Shown in pieces: positions 53,349-64,000 of a stretch of DNA of 64,000 bases; the stretch's first letter is position 1, and every line of letters begins with the position of its first letter. A program made the translations under genes and the position numbers. Origin of the DNA: Porphyridium purpureum (lineage: Eukaryota); NCBI GenBank assembly GCA_008690995.1, contig VRMN01000012.1, forward strand, positions 310,001 to 374,000. The letters are read 5' to 3'. Under the pieces are notes generated by a model. The model made no database searches. It was given only the letters and a program-made list of their open reading frames with translations, and was not told the origin of the DNA.

Positions 53349-54806
53349 TCGCGCAATTCGCCACTCGACCTCCGTGCCCGGCGCACCGCGCAGGCTCTCT
53401 GCCTTCGCCGGAGATTCCCTCAAGTAAACGAATGGAGCACCGTTTACTTCTATACCTCCAGCCAAAAACCTCTGCCTCTATCTCTCTTGCCTCTCGCGTC
53501 TTCCGTGCGCTCCACTCGCCCTTTTATGCTCATCGTCTGCACGGGAAACCGTGCAATCCGAAACCGTGTAGTCCGAAACCGTGCCACCTGAAACTGCGCC
53601 TCTTGAGTTGGAGTGGGTTGTCGAATTCCAACACAAACGTCCAGATTCTGTGCTCCTGAGCCACGCAGCTGAATCCGCTCGAGGGGCCGCGAACAAACGC
53701 GAACCGCATCTCGTTCCGACCAGGAGGCGGTGAGGGGCTGCGTGCGTTGTCAAGGCGGTGGTCGCCGTATGGAAGCGTGCACATTGGATTGTCAAAGGCA
53801 TGATGATGTCTGGAGTGGCGCAAGGGGCTTTTTCAAGTGGGCGGGTGTTGGACTGGTCCTACGTGGATTCGTGCAGGTGAGGTACCAGGTTCGAGGATAA
53901 GAGAGGTACATGGCGATGCTTTGCGTGGACGCCTTGTGTGTGACGTCACGTCACCTGTGGGAATAACCCTTCTGAAGGGTTGCGAAGCGAGAGGCTCCAG
54001 GCATGACCTGTCTGGTACGCTTTCACGCTGTGACACAGTGGGCACGGTGTAAATGGTTGTGTGCGTGTGTATGTGTGCGTAGCTTGGGCTGCTTGGTTCA
54101 TGATTGATTCATAGATTTCATGGATGGATACTTTCTGTGGTTGCGTAGATTCGTTCCTTCATTCAGAGAACCGAACGCCAAGCTGGTTCTGGGCCAGATG
54201 GTTTAGAATTTGGCAGGGGGTTGTTGTCCCGCGTCCTGGTGGTCGAGACCTTGGCGTATCTGCTGCGGATCTCTTCGTTGGAAAACAAGCGAGACTGTGC
54301 GCTCACTTTTCACGGACGCAATCTGCGTAAGGTTTGCGTCGATATTGGCATTGGCTTATGTCTTGATTATTTCGGAAGGCAAAAGGCTGAGATTGTTGTG
54401 GTCGACCAGCCGTTTCCCCAAAGACCAGTCGGCACGGGCAGTGCCGGTTGAGATGTGAGGGACGCTGTTGCAGTGCTCTCGAAGTGAACTGGAGGCGGAA
54501 AAAGGCAAATCAAACAATTGGCAATGGCGACGCGACTGTTCTGCGGCGCCGATCCGGATACCATCATCCAAAGGCCAAGCAACACAAGCACTGGCAATGC
54601 CGCCACCAGCTGAAGTCCCCGCGATGAAAAGTTCGCGGCATTTGCAGATCATGAACGTCTATGAAATAACCAGTCGGATCCTCGACATGCGGATCACGTT
54701 CGCCGGGGACATGTCTAGCGCGCCACGATCGTTGCCGCACGAGCGACGCACCAGCACTGCGTGATCGCCTCTCCGTTTCCGATCAAAGTAAAGAAACTCG
54801 GCGTGC

Positions 54807-55523
54807 ATGCGTCCGACGCGCGCTTCCATCTTTTCCGCCGCTGTCAATCGCGTGACTATCGCGCTGAACAGGCTCTTCCAACGATTGATGCGGAAGGTTG
54901 CGAGCATTCAGCACGTCGCCAACTGGCACAAACGATTACGGAGAAAGATGTCGTGTCTACCGGTGCGACACGCGTTGCGTGAGTGCGGCCACGTTGCGCG
55001 GAGGTGCATGAGCACGCCGGCATCGCTGATTGGCGTTGAGCGCATGTCCGCGGACGGGAATCTAGAGAACGGAGTGAAGCGAAGCTTTAGCGAGAAGACG
55101 TTGAGGAAGATCTGCCAGAGCCCGGTGTCTGCGCTGGAGGGCATCAATATCCGAGAAGGCCACTTTTGGAACTTGTACGACGTGATCACTGTGCAGGATC
55201 TGGCGCTCTGGAAGCCGGCTGAAATCGCCACACACATTATGACGTTTGATCGGCTGATCAGCAGCTCGTCCAAGGTGAAGATTTTCAGAGGTCGGAAGCG
55301 CTTCAATTTCCGCAACGCGCTCAACGAAGAGTACAAAAACATGCCCATCTACGATCTTGTGATGAGCCCACCCATGGTGATCCGCGGCATCTCTTCAGAC
55401 AAGTCGATGGACCTGGCGCGCGTGGGCATCCTACAGGTGCAGAAGCTCGCCAACTATCGGCCGTACATTGTTGCGAGGGCCATAACATGTTTGGCCGAGT
55501 ACGAGGAGGAAGAGAAAGAGTAG
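54807..55523 (+). CDS. Small protein with two internal HhH-like repeats (PvsaLxGi...vxdLa)
   Basis: SPVSALEGI...ITVQDLALWK..IATHI and SPPMVIRGI...LQVQKLANYR...ARAI. Start may be 55008 or later. Confidence 0.65.
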   Translation: MRPTRASIFSAAVNRVTIALNRLFQRLMRKVASIQHVANWHKRLRRKMSCLPVRHALRECGHVARRCMSTPASLIGVERMSADGNLENGVKRSFSEKTLRKICQSPVSALEGINIREGHFWNLYDVITVQDLALWKPAEIATHIMTFDRLISSSSKVKIFRGRKRFNFRNALNEEYKNMPIYDLVMSPPMVIRGISSDKSMDLARVGILQVQKLANYRPYIVARAITCLAEYEEEEKE

Positions 55524-55710
55524 GCGCGGCGCAAGCTGCGCGAGGCCCAGGGGGGATCAATGACGCCACCGACACACGCTTTGGACCGGAGGCTTAGATC
55601 AAGAACTAGTCATGGGAGTTATCAATTTCACTGGAGTCACAACATGGTTACAATGGCTGTTATCAGCCAGACATATTATGAGTGTCGAAGCCCAGCGCGA
55701 AGAGGACCCA

Positions 55711-58700
55711 TCACCGCGGTCTTTTCTTCAACTGCGTTACAGCTTGCGTGCCTGGATCGCCACCGTTTGGGTCAATTCTCAACGTGGTGGTATTGTAGCT
55801 GGCGCACAGCGCGCACTTGTTGAACAGAAAGTGGAAACGGGTCTCGCATTCCTCACCACAGTCGTTGCAGTGCAGTGTGCACGTGGCCGCACGATACTGC
55901 TCTGGCATGGGCTGGCGCGCAAGGAGCCGGTCTAGACGTTCAAAGTACTCGCTCATGTCTGCCAGCGACTTCTGGCAGTACGGGCATTTGAGCGAGGTTT
56001 TTCTGTACTTCTCAAAGCACTCAAAGTGCATCACGTGCCCACAGCGCAGGTACTTGATGTGGCGCGTCGACATAAACATGTGCTCATGACAAATCGGACA
56101 GTTGGATTCCATGACTCGCTCAATGCACTTGTGCGTCGCGAAGTGCTGCGCGCGGATGCACGCATTGCACTTCATGCAGTGCACATTATCGATACCAAGT
56201 CCCTTTCCTACGCGGCACACGTTGCACATGTGGCAGTGATAGATGCTCCGCGATTCATCATTGTCCCACAGACGACACACTTTGCAAAAGTACTTGCCCA
56301 TGGTTTTGCCGCACGCAGGATTGCGACACGTCCTAGCTGCTGACTGCACTTCGTGGCAGTGCATACATACCATCTTGACGGTCTCGTAGCGGTCAATAGC
56401 GTGGGCTTCGTGCGCGTCGTGGCATAGCCGGCACGGGTATATTTTGTTGCAGCATGCGCTCACGACTTTGCAGTCGCGCCGGTAATGCTGACAGCCTAAT
56501 ACCTTGGCGGTTGCATCCGCGTAAGACGGTGCTAGCATTTTAGGAGATGCAGCCCACCCGCTTGCGCGTGTCGAAAGTTGAACGTCCGCAGCAGAAGCGG
56601 GAGCATCACTACCAGAAACAATCGCGCCTTCACGCGACCCGGCGGACCGAGCCCCGTCATTTTCACCAGAAGCAGCAAAGTGTGCTTTCCCATCAGGAAC
56701 ATCAATTTTGGCGTGCCGCCACGAGCTGAGCATGAGATTTTGCATGAGTCTGCTCTTCATGTCGGCCGACAAAGAATCGTCATTGGCGATCGCACGGATC
56801 GCGCGCTGCATATCCTCCTTTCCTTGGGTAAAAAAGCGATTGAGCAGCGTCTGCTCTTCGCTACTTTCCAACGGACTGGCCTGCGTGGTCTTGGCCTCCT
56901 TCTTCTCCTGTCTAACGGGCAGAATCGACTGCACGTTTGGAAACCACGCCAGCAGCCACTTTTCAAACATGGTCGAGCGTGTCACGGACAGCAAGTGCGA
57001 CATCATCGATTGCTGCTCTTCTGCGCTGAGCGTCTGAATCATCCATGGGAGCATTTCCCGAAGTCTTTCTTCCGGAATTTGACCAAAAATTCGACCCACC
57101 ACTTCGGTTTGCTCGTCAGGCGTAAATAATTCAATCAGCAGCGGCCACAACTGCTTTTCCTCCTCGTCCAAATGCGCGAGCATGTCTGCACGCAGCACAC
57201 GCAGAAGAATATGCACACTGCGCAGCAAGCGAATGCACTCGTCTGGCTCACCGACACACTGTAACCGGTCCAGACTTTCAATCACGGTGGCAAATAGGTA
57301 CCGTTCTCCGCAGTGCTCTTCATGGTACCGATCCGCCACTCCCGGCTGCCGCGCATTCAACGCCGGAAGCACGATCAAATCTTCGGCGCGCGAGTGCTGA
57401 TCGACCATGCGCGAAAGGAACCGGAAACGGTTTGACAGTTGAGCAATTTTGTTCGGGTGCGGAATTGGGATGGGCATGTCCGATTCCTCGCGCTCCTCGT
57501 CTGAATCAGTGCCAATGAGCTCGTTGATTTGCTCGTGCAAGCAGGAAAGCTCAATACGGATGGCCTTATGCACGCGGTATATTTCAGACACGGGTCCTGT
57601 TTCGTGCAGTTTGGTCTCTTCCTGCAGCTCGCGCTTGCTGTACGAATGCAACTCGGGTATGCGCAGGACTAGCTCGTCCCATTCCAGTCGCCTGATGACG
57701 CCCTTCTGTACGGCGCGTGCAAGCACGAGAGAAACGTCCTTGAACACGGTGTCTGGCGCGGAGCGCAGAATGTTGCGCAGCAAGTCGATGCGCTGCTTTG
57801 TGCTGAGTGGCTCGATCAGCCACGGGAAGATATCCAAACTCATTTTGGTGAACGCGTTGCGCACCATGTTATCCTGAGCCTGGAGTGAGAAGTGCTGCCG
57901 CACCATGGGCAGCAAGCGGTCCTCCTCGTCTCGCATATGCTCAAACATCTCGGCCTTGACGGCTCGAAACGAGGCGACAAACATCGCCCTTTTCGACGCG
58001 CGCTCGTCCGTGCTTTCCTTTGGAATGCGCAAGTATTCAGCACTGGCGTCGATAAGCTTTTGAATCTGTTGGCACTCCTCTTCGTGTTCGCCTTTTAGCA
58101 TGGAATTCGCGTCATGAGCCCCTTCCTTGGTTTGCTCGCTGTGCCCTGAGCGACTTTGGAGCTGCGGAATGATGTAAGCGTCTTCGCCCGCTGAATGGCC
58201 CTCTAGCACATGCTGCAAGAATGTCAGACGCGCAAGAATGTACCGCACCTCGTAGTCATCCATGTCCCAAGACGTCGTGTACTCGCATAATGTTTCGAGA
58301 TCCTTGAGCTCCCCGCGAATCGCGGCGTGAATGCTGGTGATCTCAACCAGCGGATTCACCGCGCCAGATGTCGACGCGGCCTGTTTCATTTTAGGCAGCT
58401 TGGAGCAGATGGCGCTCCACTCGCTCGCTGGCAGTGCGGAAATGATCGTGCCTGCAACCTCCCCGAGCTGTTTGTCAGACGCGTATCGCTCAATCTCGCC
58501 GAGGAAGCGCAGGCGTTCTTCGTACGACAGTACGCGCAGCGTCCAGGGCAGCACAGGGGCTGAGACGGCTGCGGCAAGCACGGCCACCAGGAGCTCGCCC
58601 TGCTCGGAATGCGTAAAGAGGTCTTTCATGACTGGCAGTAGCACGAGCTCTTCGTCATCCATGTGCGTTTTGATCGCTTCGCAGAACATGTCGGTCAGCC

Positions 58701-59325
58701 TCTTCACTTCCTTTAGCAGCTGCGACCGGTCCTGCTCGTACGGCGTTCGTCTTGCCTGCGCGTGCTCCAGGGGCTCTCTCTGTCCTTTCTCTTCCTGCTG
58801 CTCGTGAGCTTGTCCGCTGAGCGCATCGTACCGCCTGGCCGACGCGCCCACGCCGTCCTCCTCATACTCGTGGATGAGTGGCCTCGTTTTCATTTTCTCC
58901 AGCCCGGCGACCAGGAGCGCGTGCAGCTCGCTCACATTTTCATGCTCGCGCTCCCACTTGTCCACCAGCGTGCCGAGCAGAACCCCCTTCATGCCTGAAG
59001 GCAGAGCCGTGGCCGCCGGCTTTTTCACCTTGAGTTGCAGCGCGGGCAAAATGTACGCGTCTTCGGCCAGACAATGGTCGGTGAGCATGGTGCGGAAGAA
59101 GTCTAGCCTAAGGCGGAGCTCGTCGAGTTTTTGTTCGGACACGGCGCACGTGAGCGCCTGCACGTCTGCGCGAAACATGTACAAGTCGCTTCGAATTGCC
59201 TTGTGCACGTTGAAGACCTCTGCGAGCGGGCCGTACTGCGGCCACTCACTGGACGCGACGCGTCCATCCCACTCTGACGCGAGCCGCGCGCCGCCTTGCG
59301 CCAGACTCTGCGCACACTCTGCCTT

Positions 59326-59362
<37 letters not shown>

Positions 59363-59548
59363 GAATGCACGGCGCGCGGCAGTAGCGCAACTGGCAGCGC
59401 CGCTGCCGTCGGCGACGCCACGTGGCTCCCGGGCGTCGCGCACGCTCCTTACGACGCGCGCACCACCACCACGATCATCCTCCTCGTCCTCCTCATCCTC
59501 TCCATGTTCCCGCGCACGCTTCTCGCCCACCACCCGCAGCGACGCCAT
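55711..59548 (-). CDS. BTS: BRUTUS/HRZ-type iron-binding E3 ligase: 3 hemerythrin (HHE) domains + CHY zinc finger + CTCHY + RING + zinc ribbon
   Basis: Three H-KAIR...H..AED...EH..E...HM..EE units; GCQHYRRDC..CC...CRLCHD; CPICHE...CGH..H..C..CPYC; C..C...C..C. The 5' exon (ATG 59548) is joined through a putative intron at 59359-59452. Confidence 0.93.
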
Positions 59549-59957
59549 GGCGGAGCGCCTCCCCACCCCTCCTCCTACTGCAGCTGTTGTTGCTGCTGGT
59601 GCAGCTTTTATTGCTCCTGCTGCTGCTGCTGCTGCTGTTGCTGCTGATGCTGGCGGTGGAGGTGTCCCCTCTCTCTCTCTCTCCCTCCCGCCCTCGGGTC
59701 CTGCGTTCTTGCGTCTTGCTCGCGTCCGCGCTCTTCCCGCGCGCTCGCGCCCCTGTCGCTTTCGCGGCGCAAACGGCGCACATCTGCGGCCATAGCAACG
59801 CGCGCCGCGTTGCTACGCAAAAAAAAACGCACGCGCCGCTTCGCCCCTTCGCACGCTCCACGCAGCGCGCACCACGCGGCACGCCCGTACCAAAACGCTC
59901 CCTCCCAATCACACACCGATCGCGCAACACAGGCGCGGGTACTGCGGGAGTCGGCGC

Positions 59958-60103
59958 GGTACAGCGGGTGTAGACTGAAGTACAGCGGGAGTACAGCGGG
60001 TGTAGAGTGAAGTACAGCGGGAGTACAGCGGGAGTACAGCGGGAGTACAGCGGGAGTACAGCGGGAGTACAGCGGGAGTACAGCGGGAGTACAGCGGGAG
60101 TAC
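59958..60103. repeat. Minisatellite of the 11-mer AGTACAGCGGG
   Basis: 8 perfect units at 60011-60098, with degenerate units upstream. Confidence 0.95.
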
Positions 60104-60173
60104 GGTGGATCGGAGGAAGACGGGAATGCCTGGGGTTCAAGAGGTGTGTGAGGTTTAATAAAGTGGGAAGGGT

Positions 60174-61097
60174 TTAGAGGTGGGCGGTGATCCACGTGAC
60201 TATCGCTTCGCGGACCTTGGGGCCGTCCTGCTCGTGCAGCAAGTCATGCCACATCCCGTCAAACTTGCTGATCTGCTTGTCGGCGGCGGGAAGCTTGTCC
60301 ACAAACGCTTGCATGCCCACAGGGTCGACCAGCGTGTCCTCCGAGCCAATAAACACACACACCGCGCCGCGCATGCGCTCAATCCGCTCGGGCTCGTTCA
60401 CCGTGCCGTACGACACAAGCATCTCCCGCCCAGAGCGCACGCGAAGCTTCTCGGTGTAGTTGTTCGGGTCGTTCTCAAACTGCTTCTGGTTCTCCTCAAA
60501 CGGACTGGGCGGCAATTTCAGCACCTGCGCCGTGGGAATCAGCAAACTCAGCAGCGACGACATCGCGGCAAGAATGCGGCCGTACAGTCCGAACATGTCG
60601 GCGGGCGGAACCACCGCGGGCGAGATCAGGACGGCGCCTTGGAAATCCTGCGGACGGTCTTGCAGAATCAGACACGTAATCAAGCCGCCCATCGATGTGC
60701 CCTGAATAAACACGGGCAGCTTTTGCTTCTCCAGCTCTGGGTCACGCGCCTTTTGCTCGTCGAGCGCCTGCAACACGTCGGCTGTCAAGTCAGACATGTT
60801 GAAGAATCCACGCAACCCGCCCGACTTGCCGTGGCCCGTGTGGTCATTCGCAAGGACCACGATGCCCATCTTGTTGTACGTCTCCACAATCGATCCGGCG
60901 TACTGGTTGCGAAAGCCGTCCGGCCCAAGCTCCAAGAACTCAAAGCCCGTCCACGCGTGAATCCCATGCACCAGAACGACTACCCCGCGCCGCACGGTCG
61001 AGCCCGGCGGATCCCACCGATACGTCTGGATCTCGTTTCCATTCTTGGCCGACACGAACCGAAACTCGTGCGCGTTCTCCATCTTGCTTGACCCCAT
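60174..61097 (-). CDS. Alpha/beta-hydrolase, monoacylglycerol lipase/lysophospholipase family
   Basis: VHG oxyanion motif, DHTGHGKS, nucleophile GTSMGG, D in GSEDTLV, H in WHDLLHE. Confidence 0.92.
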   Translation of the reverse strand: MGSSKMENAHEFRFVSAKNGNEIQTYRWDPPGSTVRRGVVVLVHGIHAWTGFEFLELGPDGFRNQYAGSIVETYNKMGIVVLANDHTGHGKSGGLRGFFNMSDLTADVLQALDEQKARDPELEKQKLPVFIQGTSMGGLITCLILQDRPQDFQGAVLISPAVVPPADMFGLYGRILAAMSSLLSLLIPTAQVLKLPPSPFEENQKQFENDPNNYTEKLRVRSGREMLVSYGTVNEPERIERMRGAVCVFIGSEDTLVDPVGMQAFVDKLPAADKQISKFDGMWHDLLHEQDGPKVREAIVTWITAHL

Positions 61098-62123
61098 TTT
61101 CAACACGAAGCGTCAGCTTCTCACCTCGACGCAGGTGAAGCACGCACGCGCTGAACCCGCACCGGTGCCGCGGACGGAGGGCGCAAAGCGCGCGGGCGTA
61201 AGTGAGTGTGATAACAACGCTTCAACGACGTGCGAAAGTCTCTTCCCCGTTCAGCTGCAAGTCTCCAAGATTCGACTCCTTCAGGAATCAACCCTTATAA
61301 TCAAACACGCGCGTTTTATTATGAAACGAGCGCGTCCGTTCGCGAGCCGATCAGCCAACGGACGCGGCGCGACCGCTGCCGCGCACTCGTGGCACGCGAT
61401 AATGCGGCCACACAATGTGGTCGACCAGCCCGTGCTGGTCTTCGCGTCACTCCCTGAAGCCAGCACTCTCTGCATGTCAGACCACACGCACATCCGAGCT
61501 CGGTATACTCACGTGCCAGGAGTATATTTCATTCCCTGCGTGCCAGAATCAGAGAACCGAGCGGCTGTGAAGACAGTATCAGACAGTAGTTTCAGAAATG
61601 TCAGTCACGTGCAGCTACTCTATTCCTTCCAGCTCGCAACGTCTTTGCACAAACATGTCGTTCATCGTTTCAAGCCGAGTACACACGCGGTCACGCCGAG
61701 CACCGTCAAAGACATCTTCGATTCACACCAAACTGTCGCGAGCGCGAGGAACACACAGCCCACAGGCGTTTCCATCTGTCCACACAAGCGCCCTGACTCG
61801 CCGCTGGTCACATGCTGATGCACTTGGCGGCCGAACGCGCGGCTCAGAGTGCGACAACAGGGCTTCGCGACCCTTCAACGAGAACGAGTGTGATGTGGTG
61901 CGCTCAGTGAGCTGCGTGTGAACGCGTCGTAGCGGCGTCGCTTCGCTGAAGTAGGCATGCTAGGCGGATGTTCTCATTCAAAGGAGACGATTGCTCTCAC
62001 ATTCGCGCTGGTGGCTTGACGTTACGATCGCAGCGGGTGTCGGAGAGGAGACGTTCACTGGCTTGCTCTGCTTTTGTGCAAGAGTACAAGCTCGCACTCG
62101 GTGTCGCAGAAGAGGTCTCGGCC

Positions 62124-63971
62124 ATGGCGGAAACCAGAACGCGGGGGCCGATACCTTCATCAGCTTTGGCTTCTGGAGACGGGACACAAATACATGAGGC
62201 ATCTTGTCCCGCGCAGGTATTAAGTGGACACGCGGGGTCCTTAAATTCATTGGCATGGTCTTCCGATGGCAACCTTGCGTCAGGCGGTGATGATAAGGTT
62301 GTCAAACTCTGGCATCCTCCGTCAGGAACGTGCTTGCAGACGTTTCATGGGCACACGCACTTTGTAACAAGCGTGCGTTTCGCCCCGGACGGAAAATGGC
62401 TTGTGTCCGGCAGTTTAGACAGGACCGTGAAGCTCTGGGACGCCAAGAATGGCGCGTGCCTTCATGACTTCAAGCACAATCGGCACAAGATCTACGCGGT
62501 CGACATCTCACCTCTCGGCCAAACTTTCGCTTCTGCCGGGGACGGCTTGAAGATTCAGTTGTGGAACGCGTGGAAGTACGAGTGTGAACACTCTCTAGGA
62601 TCAGCAAGAGACTCACATACTCGCAGCGTAAAGTCGGTTCATTTCTCGCCGGATGGACAGCGCCTAGTCAGCGGGAGCTCAGACCGCACAATCAAGATAT
62701 GGGATGTTTTCTCGGGGGATTGTATTCACACGCTGGATTCGCTGGGTACCGAAGTACAAGCCGTCCGCTTCTCACCCAGCAATGAGTTGGTGGCATCGGT
62801 TGCACAAACCGGTGGGATCAGGCTATGGGATGTCCGTGCCGGCACATATGTGCGCACAATTCAAGCACCCGGGGTTATCTATTCATTGTCGTTTTCGCCC
62901 GACGCACAGGAGCTAGCGTCCGCTGGTAAGGGTGGAAACATCAGCATCTGGAGCGTAGAGACAGGCAAACGCGTAGACATGTTGAAGGGACATGAGTGGA
63001 TAACACGCTCAGTTGCTTTTGCGCCGGACGGCCGGAGCCTAGCATCCTGCGGCACTGATCTTAAAGTGAGCGTTTGGATCACTCGCGAACTTCGGTCACG
63101 AAATTGCGAGTTGCCGTCGAAACCGCGGCCAGAACCGCGGCCAAAACCGCGGCCAGAACCGCGGCCAGAACCGCAGCCAGAACCGCGGCCAGAACCGCGG
63201 CCAGAACCGCGGCCAGAACCGCGGCCAGAACCACAGCCAGAACTGCAGCCAGAACCGCAGCCAGAACCGCAGCCAGAACCGCAGCCAGAACCGCGGCCAG
63301 AACCGCTAGTAGAACCGCGGCCAGAACCGCGGCCAGAACCGCGGCCAGAACTGCAGCCAGAACTTCAGCCGGAACTGCAGCCAGAACTGCAACCGGAACT
63401 GCAGCCAGAACTGCAACCGGAATCCCAGCCGGAAAGACAGCCGAAATCCCAGTCGGGATCCCAGCCGCAAATGCGGTCGGAGCAAGAGCCAGCACTGGTT
63501 TCAGAACTGGTGCCTCTCCCGGACCAAGTGCAACAAGGGGAGCAAAAGCCTACACAGGCGCCTGCGTTGCTCAATGTGGTCCGACCGGAATCGGAAGACT
63601 TGCCAGGGCTTGACCCAGCAGATATGGACGCAGATCTCCCATCGTACCACAGCTCCAATGAAGATTCTAGCCCAAATGCCGCGGGACCAGTGAAGCGCGC
63701 ACGTCTTGACAATACGTGGCAGTCCGTGTCTGACGCAAGCGCGCTCCTGGTGTGGAAAGACGCCTACATAGAAATAAGTCAAACTCTCGAAGTACCTGAG
63801 CTAAGCGTGGAGTCAGCAAGCGATGTGGCTTTTGAACTACTCAACGGGTCCATATCCTCGCGAGCCGTAGAATTGGCGATGCGTGCCAGAGATCGAAACA
63901 GAAGTGGGTCTATCAGTTTGACTCAATTCATCCTCGCTATGAAGGCTCTTGCGAACTCACGCATCTTGTAG
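62124..63971 (+). CDS. WD40 beta-propeller + PE-rich tandem linker + C-terminal EF-hand-like motif
   Basis: About 7 GH..WD-type repeats; ([12 protein letters not shown])n; [13 protein letters not shown]. An upstream ATG at 61968 is also in frame. Confidence 0.9.
   Translation: MAETRTRGPIPSSALASGDGTQIHEASCPAQVLSGHAGSLNSLAWSSDGNLASGGDDKVVKLWHPPSGTCLQTFHGHTHFVTSVRFAPDGKWLVSGSLDRTVKLWDAKNGACLHDFKHNRHKIYAVDISPLGQTFASAGDGLKIQLWNAWKYECEHSLGSARDSHTRSVKSVHFSPDGQRLVSGSSDRTIKIWDVFSGDCIHTLDSLGTEVQAVRFSPSNELVASVAQTGGIRLWDVRAGTYVRTIQAPGVIYSLSFSPDAQELASAGKGGNISIWSVETGKRVDMLKGHEWITRSVAFAPDGRSLASCGTDLKVSVWITRELRSRNCELPSKPRPEPRPKPRPEPRPEPQPEPRPEPRPEPRPEPRPEPQPELQPEPQPEPQPEPQPEPRPEPLVEPRPEPRPEPRPELQPELQPELQPELQPELQPELQPESQPERQPKSQSGSQPQMRSEQEPALVSELVPLPDQVQQGEQKPTQAPALLNVVRPESEDLPGLDPADMDADLPSYHSSNEDSSPNAAGPVKRARLDNTWQSVSDASALLVWKDAYIEISQTLEVPELSVESASDVAFELLNGSISSRAVELAMRARDRNRSGSISLTQFILAMKALANSRIL
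63123..63433 (+). repeat. Coding 12-nt tandem repeat (CCAGAACCGCGG and variants)
   Basis: About 25 tetrapeptide units: [12 protein letters not shown]. Confidence 0.95.
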
Positions 63972-64000
63972 TCATCGTATGGGCATGGCGTGCGACATCC

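Overview
Gene-dense, almost intron-free eukaryotic nuclear DNA, most likely from a unicellular red alga. This is an inference from the MAFV-type plastid transit peptide, PTOX, a nucleus-encoded mitochondrial F1-alpha and near-uninterrupted CDSs. About 24 protein genes are supportable, including PTOX, an exonuclease-like/ycf45-like AAA fusion, DPB4/POLE3, an ABCC transporter, an Spp2-like G-patch protein, eIF3a, RPA49, ATP1, IMP2, a family X DNA polymerase, a bacterial-type PTPS/QueD-family enzyme, a BRUTUS/HRZ-type hemerythrin-RING E3 ligase, a lipase and a WD40 protein. The two best findings are not in the ORF track. (1) A compact, divergent U6 snRNA gene at about 289-374: TATA box at -30, 5' hairpin, ACAGAGA box, AGC triad, GCAUA-capped ISL with an AC bulge, and a 3' segment complementary to the U2 5' end. 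(2) A decayed Tc1/mariner transposon at 35470-36911 with TA target duplication and IR/DR-type ends, inserted in an AGT-rich microsatellite. Also noted: recurrent intergenic AACCG and CTGTAC motifs, two 11-mer minisatellites, broken 5' ends in ATP1, BTS and a secreted Cys-rich gene, and several bacterial-like genes. All family calls come from motif recognition by eye; no database search was run.
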